From: Lama glama
Lineage: Eukaryota
NCBI GenBank assembly: GCA_028534125.1
Contig: CM052832.1
Span: forward strand, 13,270,001 to 13,334,000
Direction of reading: 5' to 3'
DNA length: 64,000 nucleotides
Shown here piece after piece: positions 46,850-60,327 of this stretch (positions are counted from its first letter, which is position 1; the number at the start of each line of letters is the position of its first letter). The translations under genes were made by a program, and so were the position numbers. The notes under the pieces were generated by a model. That model saw only the letters and a program-made list of their open reading frames with translations, did not search any database and was not told the origin of the DNA.

Positions 46850-47650
46850 TGAGTGTACGCTGGAGTCTCCGTACTGGTTGTGAGGACTGAGACCCGCCGT
46901 TCGTCAGCAGATGAACCGGGTTGTGCTCTGTGCATGCTCCGAGCTCTGTGGCTCTATTCCGTGTGGGTAGACGCGCGGAAAAGAGGGTCTTATGTGCAGA
47001 GGTGTAGGCTAGGGTATCCGTGCCGGCTGTGGGATGTCGACGTGCAGATGCTGCTCGTGTGAGGTGCGCGGCAGGACGTGGCAAGAGGGCATGGCCGCGG
47101 TGGACTTCTCCAGGGTGGGGCACGGACCGACCCCGCGTACCGGCAGCAACCTGCAGAGCATTCTGGGAAGCAGGGCCACGCCCACCGCGGGGGCCGCCGG
47201 GAAGCGGCTGAGGCGGAAGCGGCTGAGGCGGCGGCGCTGGGAATGGAGGCGCTAGTCTCTTCACCTGCGTGGGGCTGGGCTGCGTAAACGCCGCTCGGTG
47301 TTTAAGTTGTCCTACTGAGTGAGTCCTGTCGAGCGTCGTACCCAGCGCATGTATTTCCCTGTTTAATCCTCACGGCCGGCCTCTGAGGGGCCTTCTTATC
47401 CCCACTGCACAGGTGAGTTACCTGAGGCCCAGGGAGGTGAAGGAACCCCACCCCGTTCGAGTCCCTAACTCCCCAACTTGCTGCCAGTGAGTGACGAGAA
47501 AAATGGCCCCGGGAAAATGGAACTCCCTGGATGGCGTGACCCAGAATTTCCCCAAAAACGTGTCGGAGGGTGCCTACCAAAAATCTCTCCTCAGACCTTC
47601 TGAATGTCTCGCCCTTGATAGAAGGGGAATCACGGTGCCGTAAAAACAAG
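46850..47650. promoter_or_regulatory. Orphan CpG island / putative promoter
   Basis: Strong local CpG enrichment outside any recognised gene, GC boxes, a GGAAGCGGCTGAGGC tandem, and CAG|GTGAGT at 47410-47418. Confidence 0.7.
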
Positions 47651-47928
47651 TTTGGAAGAATGAAGTTGCTAGATAAGCTTGTATGGTTTAATATGATACT
47701 TCCAAGAGGGTATGTAATTGAATATTGAAGAAGCTAATTGTCCAAAGTTATATTTAATTCCCATTGTAAAGGATTAACTCTGTTTTTAAACTCCACATGG
47801 TCATTCTCCAGATTTGCTTCTGGTAGCATCTACCTCCTCCTTCTCTTCCTCCTTCCTTTTTCCCTTCCATCTTTCTTCATTCCTTCCTCTTTCTTTCTAA
47901 TGCCGTATTTTCCAGCGTATTTGATCTA

Positions 47929-48007
47929 TTAGGCTGAATCATATGAAATTGCCTTTTATGTAGATCAAAACTAGTTAAATATTGGCAGTTGCATATGTTC
48001 AACCTAA
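47929..48007. mobile_element. MADE2 mariner-derived palindromic MITE
   Basis: ttaggctgaatcatatgaaattgcc...ggcagttgcatatgttcaacctaa, about 80 bp, flanked by TA. Confidence 0.85.
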
Positions 48008-48142
48008 TACATTTTGGAAAGCTCGTTTATATTTTGCAAAATTGATGGGAATTGTTTATGTTTGATTGGAGTTGCAGAAGTCCTGAGGTTCTCACTGATT
48101 GGAGCATATTGCATTTATATATTATGGTTAGAGAGGTGGCAT

Positions 48143-48480
48143 ATGGTGTTCTGGAGCTGGCTTGTACTGGCTCACTAGATGATTGTTAAATATTCAAGAA
48201 TTTTGAATATATGCAAGATCTTGTGGTAGCTCACAGCGAAAAAAATGTGACAATGAATATATGTATGTTCATGCATTACTGAAAAATTGTGCTCTACGCT
48301 GGAATTTGACACAACATTGTGAAATGACTATCACTCAATAAAAAAAAGTTAAAAAAAAAAAGAATTTTGCAAGCCAGTTGTTAAACCATTGGTAGCTTGA
48401 AATTGGCCATGGATGGAGTATTTGCATCATGGAAACTGATTTCTCTCCTTGCCTTCCTGAGATCCAGTTTACAGCACACT
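48143..48480 (+). mobile_element. MER63-like hAT element interrupted by a young L1 3' end (48206-48359)
   Basis: tggtgttctggagctggcttgtactggctc...gattgttaaatattc|...|caagccagttgttaaaccattggtagcttgaaattggccatgg; the insert ends in poly-A with TSD AAGAATTTTG at 48196-48205 and 48360-48369. Confidence 0.8.
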
Positions 48481-49999
48481 GTTGGTTGTTTGGCACATCT
48501 TCAGCCAAGTGAAGTCACAGTGAAATCAGTTCAGAACCACATAGATCTCCAAACAGAAATCAGGACTGAGGGAAGAATGGAATGGATGCTGGAGAGACAA
48601 CCAACGAGCTCAGTGGTTGTGGGAGAAAACATTGCAAACTTGAGGATGCACTGTTGAACTTCATTATTATAGTTCACCTTAGTTAATATTTATCAAGCAT
48701 TTACCAAATGTTAACTCATTTGATCCCCAAACAACCTTATGAGGTTCTGAATATCATTACTATCTCCATTTTACAAATGAGGAAAGTGAGGCTTGGAGAG
48801 GCTGGATAACTTGAACAAGGTTATACATGTAGTAGGTGGTAGAGTTTGACTTTGACCCCAGGCTACATTAACTCCAGGAGACATGCTCTTAACTACTATG
48901 CTGCACTGCCTGTGTTATATACGTTAGGTTATGCTGCAGTTATAGCCCCTAAAGCCCAGGGGCTTACAGTATTAAAGGTTTATTCTTGCTCACATTACAT
49001 GTTGGCTGTGTATCAGATGTGGTTCTGCTTCACACATCTTATTCTGGAACCCAGGCTGAAAGAGCACCTCCTATATTGGCCTTTCCCCAGAGAAAAGAAC
49101 AATTGTACAATTCTTGTACCATGTGATGATTCTTAAGATTCAAGTAATGTGTGGCATACTTTTCATCATATTCCATTGGTCACAGCATATCACATGGCCA
49201 AGCTTGACTCAAGGAGGGCTGAGAAGATTTCCCCCTCTCCCCAGGCACTGTAAGTCATATGGCAACCTGCTGGGAGTGAATAATTGGGAACTGTCTTGGA
49301 TTAGTTTCCCCTGACCCAGATCCTGAGTCAGGAATTTGTGGGTTAGGTGATCTATTAAGGAAGTGTTCCCAGAAGAATCCAGAAAGGGAGTGGGGGAGCA
49401 GGACAGGGAAGGAGACAAAACTAAGAGTATAATTTCAGGCAAAGTCCTGAGCTGAGCCTTATCCAGGGGTGTTCTAGGGGTATAAATTATACCTCAGAGT
49501 TTCTCCCAACTCAAGGCAAGGAAGCTTGGCTTTCATATTTCCACAGCTGTCAGCTATTGGTTAAGGACTGCTCTAAGGGGACATAAGCAACTGGGCACTT
49601 TTGGCTTTCTGAATACAGGTGAAGCAGTTCCAGTAGCCCTGGACCAGGACTTTAAAAATAGTCACAGGTGCATGGTTCTTGGAAACAAAATCACACAGAA
49701 ATCAAGAGAGGGAATAGAATCTGAAAAGGGATCTGAGAAAATCTGGACAGATCACAAATCATGTATACTAAAGGAATATTAATGCCATCTACCACACTAC
49801 CTCTTTTATACTGCTTAATTTCACTATTAAAGGTAGGACATTATTTCTCCTATAGGTAATGGCATATCTTTGATGTCAGGCAAAGGAACCACTATTGCTC
49901 CTATTGGAACAAAAAGCAGTGGGAAGTCATTACTGGTTTTTCAGTAACCCAGTGTAGTATTTGCTGAGCACATGTGTCTAACACTGAAATCCTTCCAGA

Positions 50000-50735
50000 G
50001 TGTAGAAAGATGTTTGCAGTACTGCAGTGCAGTTCTGGCAGTAACCCAGTGTTAGTGCAGCCTCCACAGGTTACAGGCACAGTCCCCAGTAAGAATGCCC
50101 TACTCCACCTAGTTTGAAAGGCCCCAGGCCATACTCACTTCTGACCAGTTGGCTACAAATTCAGGGGTTTCCATGACCCCTTTAGCTTCCATAATTTGCT
50201 AGGGCAATTTACAGAACTCAGTAAAGTGCTATACTTTATGATTACAGTTTTATTATAAAGGTTATAAATCAGAATCAGCCAAATGAAGAGATACATAGTA
50301 TGAGGTCTGGGAGGGTCCCAAACATGAAACTTCCACGCCCCCTCCCTATGGAATCTGGGCTCATCACCTTCCTAGCATACTGATACATTCAACAACCAGG
50401 AGGCTCACCCAAGCTTCAAGTGTCCAGAGTATTCATCAGGATTTCATTATATATGGATGACTGATTGAACTCAATCTTCAGCCCCTCTTCCTCTTCCTGA
50501 GGAAGTTGAGCTGATATCACATGGCTCAAATCTCCAACCCTCTAGTCACATGATTGGTCTTTCTGGTATGATCAGCCCGCATCCTGAATCACTCATTAAC
50601 ATAAACTCAGGTGTATTCTGAGGACCCTACTATGGTTAACAAAGACATCCCTATCACTTAGGAAAATCAGGAAGGGTTTAGAGGTTCTGTCCTCAGAACT
50701 CAGGACAGACTAGACATATTCTTTATTAGACAACA
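50000..50735. mobile_element. MER21-like LTR
   Basis: cacttctgaccagttggctacaaattcaggggtttccatgacccc...ataatttgctag...acagaactcag...tgattacagttttattataaagg. Confidence 0.75.
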
Positions 50736-51429
50736 TGTGTCATTGGAATGAAGAATTATATTGAACTCTGAGCAGAATTTTTTTTTCTAATTCCACAGGT
50801 AGACATATATGTAAGAACAAGTATAGTACACCAGAGTCAAAAAAAAAAAAAGCCTTAAATGCAACCAGGGAAGTAAGACAGAGGACCTACAAAGGAACTA
50901 AGAGTAACAGCAGACTTATCTTCCACAGCAGTGGAGGCTAGGAGATAATGGAATATCTCCAAGAGAACTATAAGGTAGATTGTTCTTTCTTATTGAAAGG
51001 TAAAACATAAATTAATTATAGGATACTGCAGTGATATTTATCTGTCATAACAAAGGAAATTTAACATGTTATTGAAGGTATTCATTTAAAACCCAAAACA
51101 TTATTTTGATGATTTCTGATGTAAATCATTCCAAATTATATCACCCCATCCCACCCCCTTCTTAACAGATGGTTCAGGTTCAGCATTAGTGTACTCTTAG
51201 ATAGTGAGAATCCCAGGGGTTACTGGGGTCTGCTAGGCTGTTTGCACCTCAATTAAATGTTCCCACATGATGTGTTTCATACTTCTCTCTGCTTTTTATA
51301 ATTCTGTCTTACTGCAGCAGCAGTTTTATTGAAGCTCTTAATCTGTTGCTGATTTAATATACATTTGTTTTAATCTGTTGCTGATCTAATATGCATTGGT
51401 CAGGGGCTTTCTCCATCTCCCTGATGTCT

Positions 51430-51960
51430 ATAACTTGTTAGTTCTATGTGGCAGATTATATTTTCTGAAAATGGGCACCACAATATACCCCATCCAACAT
51501 GGTCTCTTACAATGTAATGTTGACATAATGTGTGTTCTCCCCCCTTGAATCTGAGTGTGTCCATGATGCTATGTGACTTCCAAGGTCGTAAAAGATACAA
51601 CTTCCACCTCTGAGAATGCTTGTTCTTGGAACCTAATTACCATGCTGCAAAAAAGGGGAGAAACCACATGGAGAGGCCCCATGTAGGTGTCTGATAGATC
51701 CCCAGCTGAGGTCCCATTCAACAGCTAGCACCAGTCTCCCTCCAAACTTGTGAATGAGTGAGTGCATGAGTGAGTGAATGAGTCAGCCTTCAGGTGAGTC
51801 CAATCCCAGTCTTTCAGCCACCCCAACTGAGGCCACATGGAGAAGAAACAAGCTGTCCCTGCCTAGCCTGCCCAAATTATGGATTTATAAGCAAAAGAAT
51901 GATGATTGTTTAAGTCCCTCAGTTTGGGGTGGTATCGTTCACAGCAATAGATAACTGGAA
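51430..51960 (+). mobile_element. MLT1 (MaLR) LTR
   Basis: tgtggcagattatatttt...ccccttgaatctg...aaccacatggagaggccc...cacagcaatagataactggaa. Confidence 0.75.
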
Positions 51961-54605
51961 AACTATGTGACCGCTTTTTACTTAATGCTTGAAAGTTGTT
52001 CCTTGAGTCTTGTCAGTTGGAGCCCTTTGGGAGCTCTTAACCCAAAGGTGTCCTTTGCCAATTATAAGGGAGTTCAAACCTTATAAATTATTTCAGGTTT
52101 CCTCCTGCTCTAGACAAAGCTGCTCTGGTTTCAAGGAAGGGAAGAAATCCATTCAATTTACTCCAGGAAAAGGAGGTTTATGAAAAGACACAGAGAATTA
52201 TGGGAGTCCAAGAACAGAAACTGCCACACAGCATGGCCTCACAGAAACTGCAGCTGTTTTTACATATATATATAATATATATGTATTTATAACGTTTCTA
52301 CCACTCTCTGCACATATATTTTTTTCTCATTACATAGTCTTATTTATTCGTCAATTCAGAAGTAGATCATCACACCTTTCCCCATTTCCTAGTCTCCTTT
52401 CTAGTATCAATCTTTATAATTCAAGTGCTGCTACTGATTCAATGTCTAGTTTCATTTCTTGAAAAAACATCTGATTGAAACAGGTCCTCTTTGCTAAGTA
52501 AGGCCAGAGTACAAGCAACTGGGCTAATGACACCTGAACTGACCTTGGTCAGGTGTCCATCCCAGGGCCAACAGCTGCAGTTTTGAGATAAGGAGTCCCC
52601 CAGAAAGGGCATGGGTGGGCGTGCAGCGATTACCCTCTCTAGAACATCTCCTTCCAGCCAGAAAATGAAAGCTGAGATGGGCACAAGCATGACCAGATGA
52701 GAGCAGCACATAATCAGGAATGGGCAGCTCAGGGGAGGATCAAGAATGAGGGAGGATGAAGAGGAACCATGTCTGGCAGCAGATGGTGGGACCTGCAGGC
52801 CTTAGTAAAGTTTGCAGGTGGCATTTCACCCTTGATGGCGCCATGGTGTCCTACATAGAGTCTCTAGAGTCCAACAGACTCTGAGTTCAAACTCCAGGTC
52901 AACTAATCTAAAAGCTGTGAGACATAGCTCTCTGAGCCTTGATTTCTTCATCTGTAAAAGGAGGATAATGGTACCAACTTCACAGGGTGAGGGTGGGGAT
53001 TAAGTATTTAACACAGGATCTGGCTCATTGTAGCCATTCACCAAAAATGAACTCTGTTTCTTCCTCTACTTGGAAGCTCACCTTCCAGGTTCTGAAATAG
53101 TCTGGGATAAAGATCCTGTGGCTGGAGGTCAAAAGGCTTCTCACCCCAATTATAGCCTCAAAGGAGTTCCTTGCCTCAGGGCTTTGCACCTTGCAAAGGT
53201 GAAACAAGCCTTTATGGGTCCCGAGCTGCCCTGATGAGGCTACCAGCCGCACCCTTTTTCTAAAAAAGTCACCAGATTCCTAAAAACTTGCATAACAGAA
53301 AGATTGCAGATGATTTGGAGACATAAGCAAAAATGTACACATTTGAAATCAGTGAATAGAAATTTACAATACGGCAGCGTTGAAGTAGTGCTCTTGGTTT
53401 GGCCCTTCTCATTTTAAGAACTAGTGAAATTATGAAACCATCAGGCAGATCTCACTGTCTTCAGGCAGTTCAGCAGCTCTGTACACGGTATACTGAATGT
53501 CGTATGTTGCACGTTGAATGCCAGCACCAAGGCACAAAGGCTGAGGAAAGGAGCACTGGATTGAGTCCCAGGCCTGGGGTCCATTCCCAGCCTTGCTGCT
53601 GACTAGATGTGTGTCCTTGGACAAGTCACTTTCCCTCTCTCTGCCTATATCTCCACACCTATAAAATAGAAAGATCAGACCAGACAGTTTCCAAGAGGCC
53701 TCAAGCTCAAGTAGGGAAGGGATATCTTAGTGATTAAAAGAAACTTAAGAATTACCCAGACATCAGTTCAAATCCTGCCTCTTCCACTGTAAGTGGTGTG
53801 ACCCTGGGCAAGTTGTTTAACCTCTATACACCTCAGTTTCCTTATCTGTAAACTGGGGGTAGTTATAGTGTAAGGTTGCTCTGGAGATTAAAGAAGATAA
53901 TGCACACAACACCTTGTAGATAGTAAGTTCTCAATTAATATTAAGATGTTATTGTTAGTGAATGGAGATTTTAAAATATACTTTTGAAAGCATAGCTCCA
54001 TTAATCAGGTTGACCCCTGGGGCTCCCCAGGCCAGAATCAACAGGTTTCTGGAGCGTCGGAAGAGGGGCAGATAGAAATTTGTACAACAAAGTCATTGTT
54101 CTCCTTCCTTTTTGTGGTGGTAGTGGGGGCCTCCTTGCAAGACAGTAATCTTGAAAGACAGTCTATGGGGAGAAAGAAATGATTTTATAAATATTTTAAG
54201 CTTCCACTTCCTTAACAAGTCAGTCTGCAGAACTTGATCATTAAGGTTACTATAAGCCAGGCTAGAGAGAACTCAGTATATGTCACAGAGCAGTATTTCT
54301 CTAACTTCCTTGGGAGAGAATTAACTTGGGTTCCTGGGTCCTGCTCCAATTTGCTTCATCAGATTCTCCAAGGTAGAAGACATTTTAAGCCAGTGTCTGG
54401 TTACTCTTGTCTAGGAAGCTAAGGAAACCCTGGCAGAGAGGGTATGTTCACCCCTCACGAATCCCTGCTGTGTTGTGAGGAAGAGGAGAGGACAGGGGGA
54501 GTAATAGATTGCAAGACTGAGAACTGACCCGTCCCCAAAGTACATGGGGAAGGGAAGGGGAAAATTGTCTTTTTAATGAAGTGACTGAGTATTTGTCTGT
54601 TAGAT

Positions 54606-55590
54606 GTAGTTGATTAGGTTGTTTTTTTTTTTTTTATGTTGACCCATATGAGCTGTTTATATATTTTGGAAATTAATCCCTTGTTAGTCACATCATTTGC
54701 AAATATCTTCTCTCATTCCATAGGTTGTCTTTTTGTTTTATTTATAGTTTCCTTTGCTGTGCAAAAGCTTTTAAGTTTAATTAGGTCCCACTTGATTATT
54801 TTTGCTTTTATTTCCATTACTCTAGGAGACAGATCCAAAAAAATATTATTGTGATTTATGTCAAAGAGTATTCTGCTTATGTTTTCCTCTAGGAGTCTTA
54901 TAGTATCCAGTCTTACCTTTAGGTCTTTAATCCATTTTGAGTTTATTTTTGTATATGGTGGTAGAGAATGTTCTAATTTCATTCTTTTGCATGTAGCTAT
55001 CCACTTTTCCCAGCACTGCTTATTGAAGAGACTGTCTTTTCTCATTGTATACATTTGTCTCCTTTGCCGTAGATTGACCATAAGTGCGTGGATTTATTTC
55101 TGGGCTTTCTGTCCTGTTCCATTGATCTATGTCTGTTTTTGTGCCAGTACCATATTGTTTTGATTACTGTAGCTTTGCAATATAGTCTGAAGTCAGGGAG
55201 CATGATTCCTCCAGCTCCATTCTTCTTTTTCAAGATTGTTTTGGCTATTCAGGGTCTTTTGTGTTTCCCTACAAATTTTTATAATTATTTGCTCTAGTTC
55301 TGTGAAAAATGCCACTGGTAATTTGATAAGCACTGTATTGAATCTGTAGATTGCCTCAAGTAATATGGTTATGTTAACAATATTGATTCTTCCAATCCAA
55401 GAACATGGTATATCTTTCCATCTGTTTGTGTTGTCTTCAGTTTCTTTCATCAGTGTCTTGGTTTTTGGAGTACAGGTTTTGCCTCCTTAGGCATGTTTAT
55501 TCCTAGGTATTTTATTCTCTTTGATACAGTGGTAAATTTCCTTAATTTCTCTTTCTGATACTTCGTTAGTATATAGAAATGCAGCAGAAG
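54606..55590 (-). mobile_element. L1 ORF2 3'-part fragment (frameshifted)
   Basis: ORFs 55450-55193, 55233-55042 and 55081-54713 read as L1 ORF2 ([66 protein letters not shown]). Confidence 0.95.
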
Positions 55591-58500
55591 ATAAACAAGG
55601 CCTACTGTATAGCACAGGAAATTATATTCAATATCTTATAATAATCTATAATGGAAAAGAATCTGAAAAGAATGTATATGTGTTTATGTTTATGTTTTAT
55701 ATAAACATAAACATTGTTTCATATAAATGGAATCATACAATATGTGGCCTCTGATTTATTTTACTTTGCATAATGTTTTCAAGGTTGATGTTGTCATGTA
55801 TCAGCACCTCATTCCTTTTTAAGATTAAACAGAATTCTATTGTATTGATATACCACGTATTGTTTATCCATTCATCAGCTGATGTTCTTTATACCTTTAA
55901 AGTGCTTTTTATATATACTGTGTCATCTGATCCTCACAGAAACTCTGGGAGGTCGTCAAGGCAGGTATTATTCTTTATTACGATGATTCTCCCCATTTTA
56001 CAGATTACGAGATTGAGGCTCATGAGGGTGGAATTGCTTGTACAAGGTCCCATATCTGGTAGACCCAGAATCAGAACCCAGGTCTCTGAATTTGGATGAC
56101 CAAAATCTTTGTTGGGCAGTTTGCTTTGTAATCACTAACAGTGTCCTTCCATCAAGAAGATTCTGAGTGGACATGTGTTCCCTGTGGCAAGGCAAGTGAG
56201 AACCAGTGAGGATTCAACCCTTGGACAGGCCTAATTTTGTCCATTGGCAAAGTTAGTCATTTTCTACAAGGCCTGATCTTGCTGGGCCTCTGCTTAAACC
56301 TCCTTAAGGACTCCTTGTCCATCTCTGCATGAAACATACTTGCCTAGAGTGCTGTAGGAGGCTGGAGCCCAGGGAGGGCAGGATTGGTCTTGCTCCCCTA
56401 TACTCTCCGACACCAAGCCCCAGCAGTCAGGGCTCCATGTTTGCCGACTAAGACATTTTAAGGGCCTAAGGGTTCTCTAATGTTTTGCTCTTTCTCCCCA
56501 GCAACATGTCACCAGTAGCAATCTCCCGTTATCCAGAGCAACCCCTTGGGCCTTGTCACTTGCAACGAATAACAAGCAACTAGGAGCTCTAGCTCTTTAG
56601 CACAGTTGAGCAGGACTTTGGGGAGTAGATCCCCACTCTGCAGCAGTGAGGGTTTCATTCCTGCTAAAATAACACCAAAACCACATAATGGAAAATTTAG
56701 AAAACTGAACAAAGCAACAGAAATGACCTATAATCTTACTACCCTAATACAGCTGTTATTTTGAAGAATTCCCTTCCACTGGATTTCCTTCCTTTCTTCC
56801 TTCCTTCCGTCTATCCATCATGAAAGTAACACAAAATACAGTAATATTTTAGACATTACCTTGTATCTCATACTCAGGGGACAACCACTGTGAACATCTT
56901 GCATATTTCCTTCCAGTCTTTTTCAATACTGTTTTTTCACAATTGAGATTATACAGAATATTTCATTCTGTTAGTATCTATGTATTCTCTGTTACTATTT
57001 TTTTTCTAGTAGAAGAAGTATATGTTTATTACAGAAATTTCTGGAAAAATTACAAAAAAAGAAGGAAGTAAAAAAGAACTAAAATGTTCCTTCCACAGAT
57101 GGAAATTTTAGCGTGCATTTTTTTTTACATAGTTATAATCCTACTGAATATAGTGTTTTATCTTTTTTCTTACCTGTCTTATTAGCATTTCCCCCTGTTG
57201 CCTCATAGTCTTTATAATTAACTTTGTTTTGTTTAAATTTTTAATAGGTAACACATTTACATAGTACAATATTCACAAAGCTCCTGACTCTGTATCCAGT
57301 GCTCTCTGCTCTGAACCAGGGGGTTGAGGTCAGGATGGTGACCTAGATATGGTTCTGGGGTCAGAGAGGGGAGACTAGAACAGGAGCTGGAGGAGGGTCA
57401 GAATCAGAGTAGGGGTAGGGGCCAGTTACTTATACCTATACCTGTTCCAGTTGCTGAGTCATAAATGCTTGCCAACATGGTTTTTGGAGAGGCCTCGGAC
57501 CAGAGATGATAGGCCTGTCATGGAGAGAAGCAGCCTGGCTAAGGGAGGGGTTTGTTGGACCACCAGGTTCAGGGAACCATCTTGGGAAAGCTGACCCAAC
57601 CCTACACTCCCAGGGGCCCAAGATGGCTTCTAGCAGTGATTCAGGTCTTGCAGGCACCATTCCTGGGAGCCCAGCCAGAGTGCAGAGGGGTGGCAGCAGG
57701 CCTAGATCCCTGTGATTCCTGGGCAAAGAGTGAGACGCTGCTCCTCCTGGCCTCTTGGGACATCAACTCCTCTTTGGAAGCTACTTTGAGGATATACCAG
57801 AACTTGATTTTATCTGCATAAAATCCTTAGGAGAGTCTCACTTCGGGATTTAGCCTCTGAAATACCTTTCTGGATACCCCTTCAACACCTAGCCAGGGAT
57901 TCCTGAGGGGTGAAGGGCAAGTACATTCCTTTCTCCTGAGGTAGAAAAAGAAAGAAACAATTAACCTACTAGAGCAGGCAGACATGAATGAAATGATTAA
58001 ATAACAAAATAATTAAATAAAACTGCCTCTTACATCAGCGAGTGGGTACCTTTGGGTTCCTTGGCTCCTGATAATCCTCACAGAACCCCTGTTAGTAGTT
58101 TTTGTAAGTCCCCTTATACAGATGGGGAAACTGAGGCCCAAGGAAGTCATGTCACTTATTCTAGGACACACAGAGGAAAGCACCCAAGGCCAGGGCTCCA
58201 AGGCTATTGGGGCTGGTCAGGGTGACTCCTCCCATTTTGGTCCTGGCCCCTAAACCACCCCAGGGCAACCCTGAACCACTTGCTGATTGGCTTTTCAATC
58301 ATAAACTCAATCAAAGAGAAATTTAAAAACACTGGTAGGGGGCAGTGTTTCTTCAAACTTTGAGGATTATAACTCACAATAAGAAACGGATTTAACACCA
58401 CAATGCAGTAACCAGACACACAAACACAATTCATAGCACTTAGAATAGTTTATAATTTTTTTTTAATGTTTAGTTACAAATATGTAAAACCAAGTACAAG

Positions 58501-58886
58501 TTTCGTGAAATAATGCTTCTCCTTACTGCCCAAGATGCACGCTGGCATTTTTTATTCTCTGCTGTTCTGTGTCATTATTTTTGAAAAGTGCTCATGTACT
58601 CACTAAATTGAGTCCATGACCTGCAGTTTAAAAAGCACCTTGATGGATGGCAGCTGGGTCCCCACACCGTTGTCCACAGATGGGTGAAGCAGACAGTAAG
58701 GAGAGAAGTCTGACTTTGTGCCCTTTTTGCCTGACGTTGAACTGTGTGCTCTGGGGACACAAGAAAAGATACACCGGGCTGGATCTCACTCTTCAGTCAT
58801 TTATAAGCAGAGGAACAAGACTTCCCACACATAAAACAAGACTGACATGAATTAAAGGCAGAAAGAATCAATGCCTCTTAAGCACT

Positions 58887-59197
58887 GCATTAGTCTGCTA
58901 GGACTGCCATACCACAGACTAGGTGGTTTGAACAAATTTATCACAGTTCAAGGGGCTGAAAGTCCAAGATCATGGTGCCAGAAGGTTTGATTTCTCTGAA
59001 GGCCTCCATCCTTGGCTTACAAATGGCTGCCTTCTTGCTGCCTCTTCACACAGTTGTCCCTCTGGACACGCACCCTTGGTGTCTATGTGTCCTAATCTCT
59101 TCTTATAAGGACACCAGTTAGATTGGATTCTAAGGTACTGGGGAATAGGGCTTCAGCATATGAGTTTGTGGAGGGGAAACAATTCAATCCATAACAA
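58887..59197 (-). mobile_element. MLT1A-like MaLR LTR
   Basis: ttagtctgctaggactgccat...aagtccaagatc...tcttataaggacaccag...caattcaatccataaca. Confidence 0.8.
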
Positions 59198-60160
59198 GGA
59201 GCTTCATGCGTAACACACTAGTTCCTGTGTCTTCACACAAGGCTCGACACTGTGGGCCTTATTCCTGTTTTGAAGACAAAGAAGCTGGTGTTGGGAGAGA
59301 TTGATAATGCTTACAGTCCTCCAGCTGACAAGTAATGGCACAGCATTTGAATTCATGCTCTACCCTCTCACATACTGTAGACTTTGGGACTTTTGTCGAA
59401 GAAGCAGATGGCACTGGGCTGAGTTTTAAAAGGCCATTCTACAGGCAAATGGGTGATGATTGAGGCCAGAGGAGAGGGAGGATACAGTGCCTGGGCAGAA
59501 CCTTGTAGCTTTGTCCAGATGGAAGGAAGAGCAGATAGCTTTCCAGGCAAGGATAGTGAGAGCTGGAAGGTCCTCCTGAAAACTCAGTCCACCCCTTCCA
59601 TTTCAATGGTGAGGTAACTGGGTCCCGGAGAGAAAGAAGTGATGCAGTGCTTCCACATTGTGTATCTGCGTGTGAAAGTCTTGTCTTCTCCTCGTCTTCA
59701 AGGCCAGGCACGTTGTCAGTTTCTCTGTGTTCCTCATAGAGCCCAGCATGCCATTTCGAGTAGAGATTCAGGTATTTACAGGAGACTCTAGACATAAGAC
59801 ACTGGGAGGAAAAGGGACAGTGGGTGTGGAGAGAAGAGGGTCTCAGCTTTATGCCCCTGACCCTTAACAGTGGTGTATAAAGGTCTGCATTACACATTAG
59901 GAAAAAGCAAGCAATTGCTAATCACAAACACTTAGAGCACGAGGATGTGGATTATATATACACATATATACCCCCACCATTTTCCCCCCCTTTTCAAACT
60001 TTTCGTAAGAGAGACGCCCAACAGCCAATATGGAATTAGCATCAGAAGGTCTTTTCTCTCTCTGAGCTCCTCTTCCCTCTTCTTCCTGCGTCCCCTAGAA
60101 TTTTCCACATTCTCCTACATACCTTCAAGTGAGGTTTTTACTGGACAAACCTCTTTCTTT

Positions 60161-60327
60161 TAAAAAAATTTTTTAGAATTTATTATTGTGTTATTTAATT
60201 TTTTTATTTTGGTGGAGGGATAATTAGATTTATTTATTTTCAGAGGAGGTACTGGGGGTTGAACCCAGGATCTCTCCATGCTAAGCATGCATGCTACCGC
60301 TTGAGCTATGCCCTCCCCCACTCCCCC
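60161..60327 (-). mobile_element. tRNA-derived SINE (camelid Vic-1 type) with target-site duplication
   Basis: Reverse complement ggggagggcatagctcaagcggtag...gatcctgggttcaacccccagtacctcc; TSD caaacctct(g)ttcttt at 60146-60160 and 60328-60344. Confidence 0.85.

Noticed and set aside
51338..51399. Two-copy ~32-bp tandem duplication (similar case at ~60668-60712)
   Set aside because: Simple local slippage duplications with no spacer structure or sign of function.
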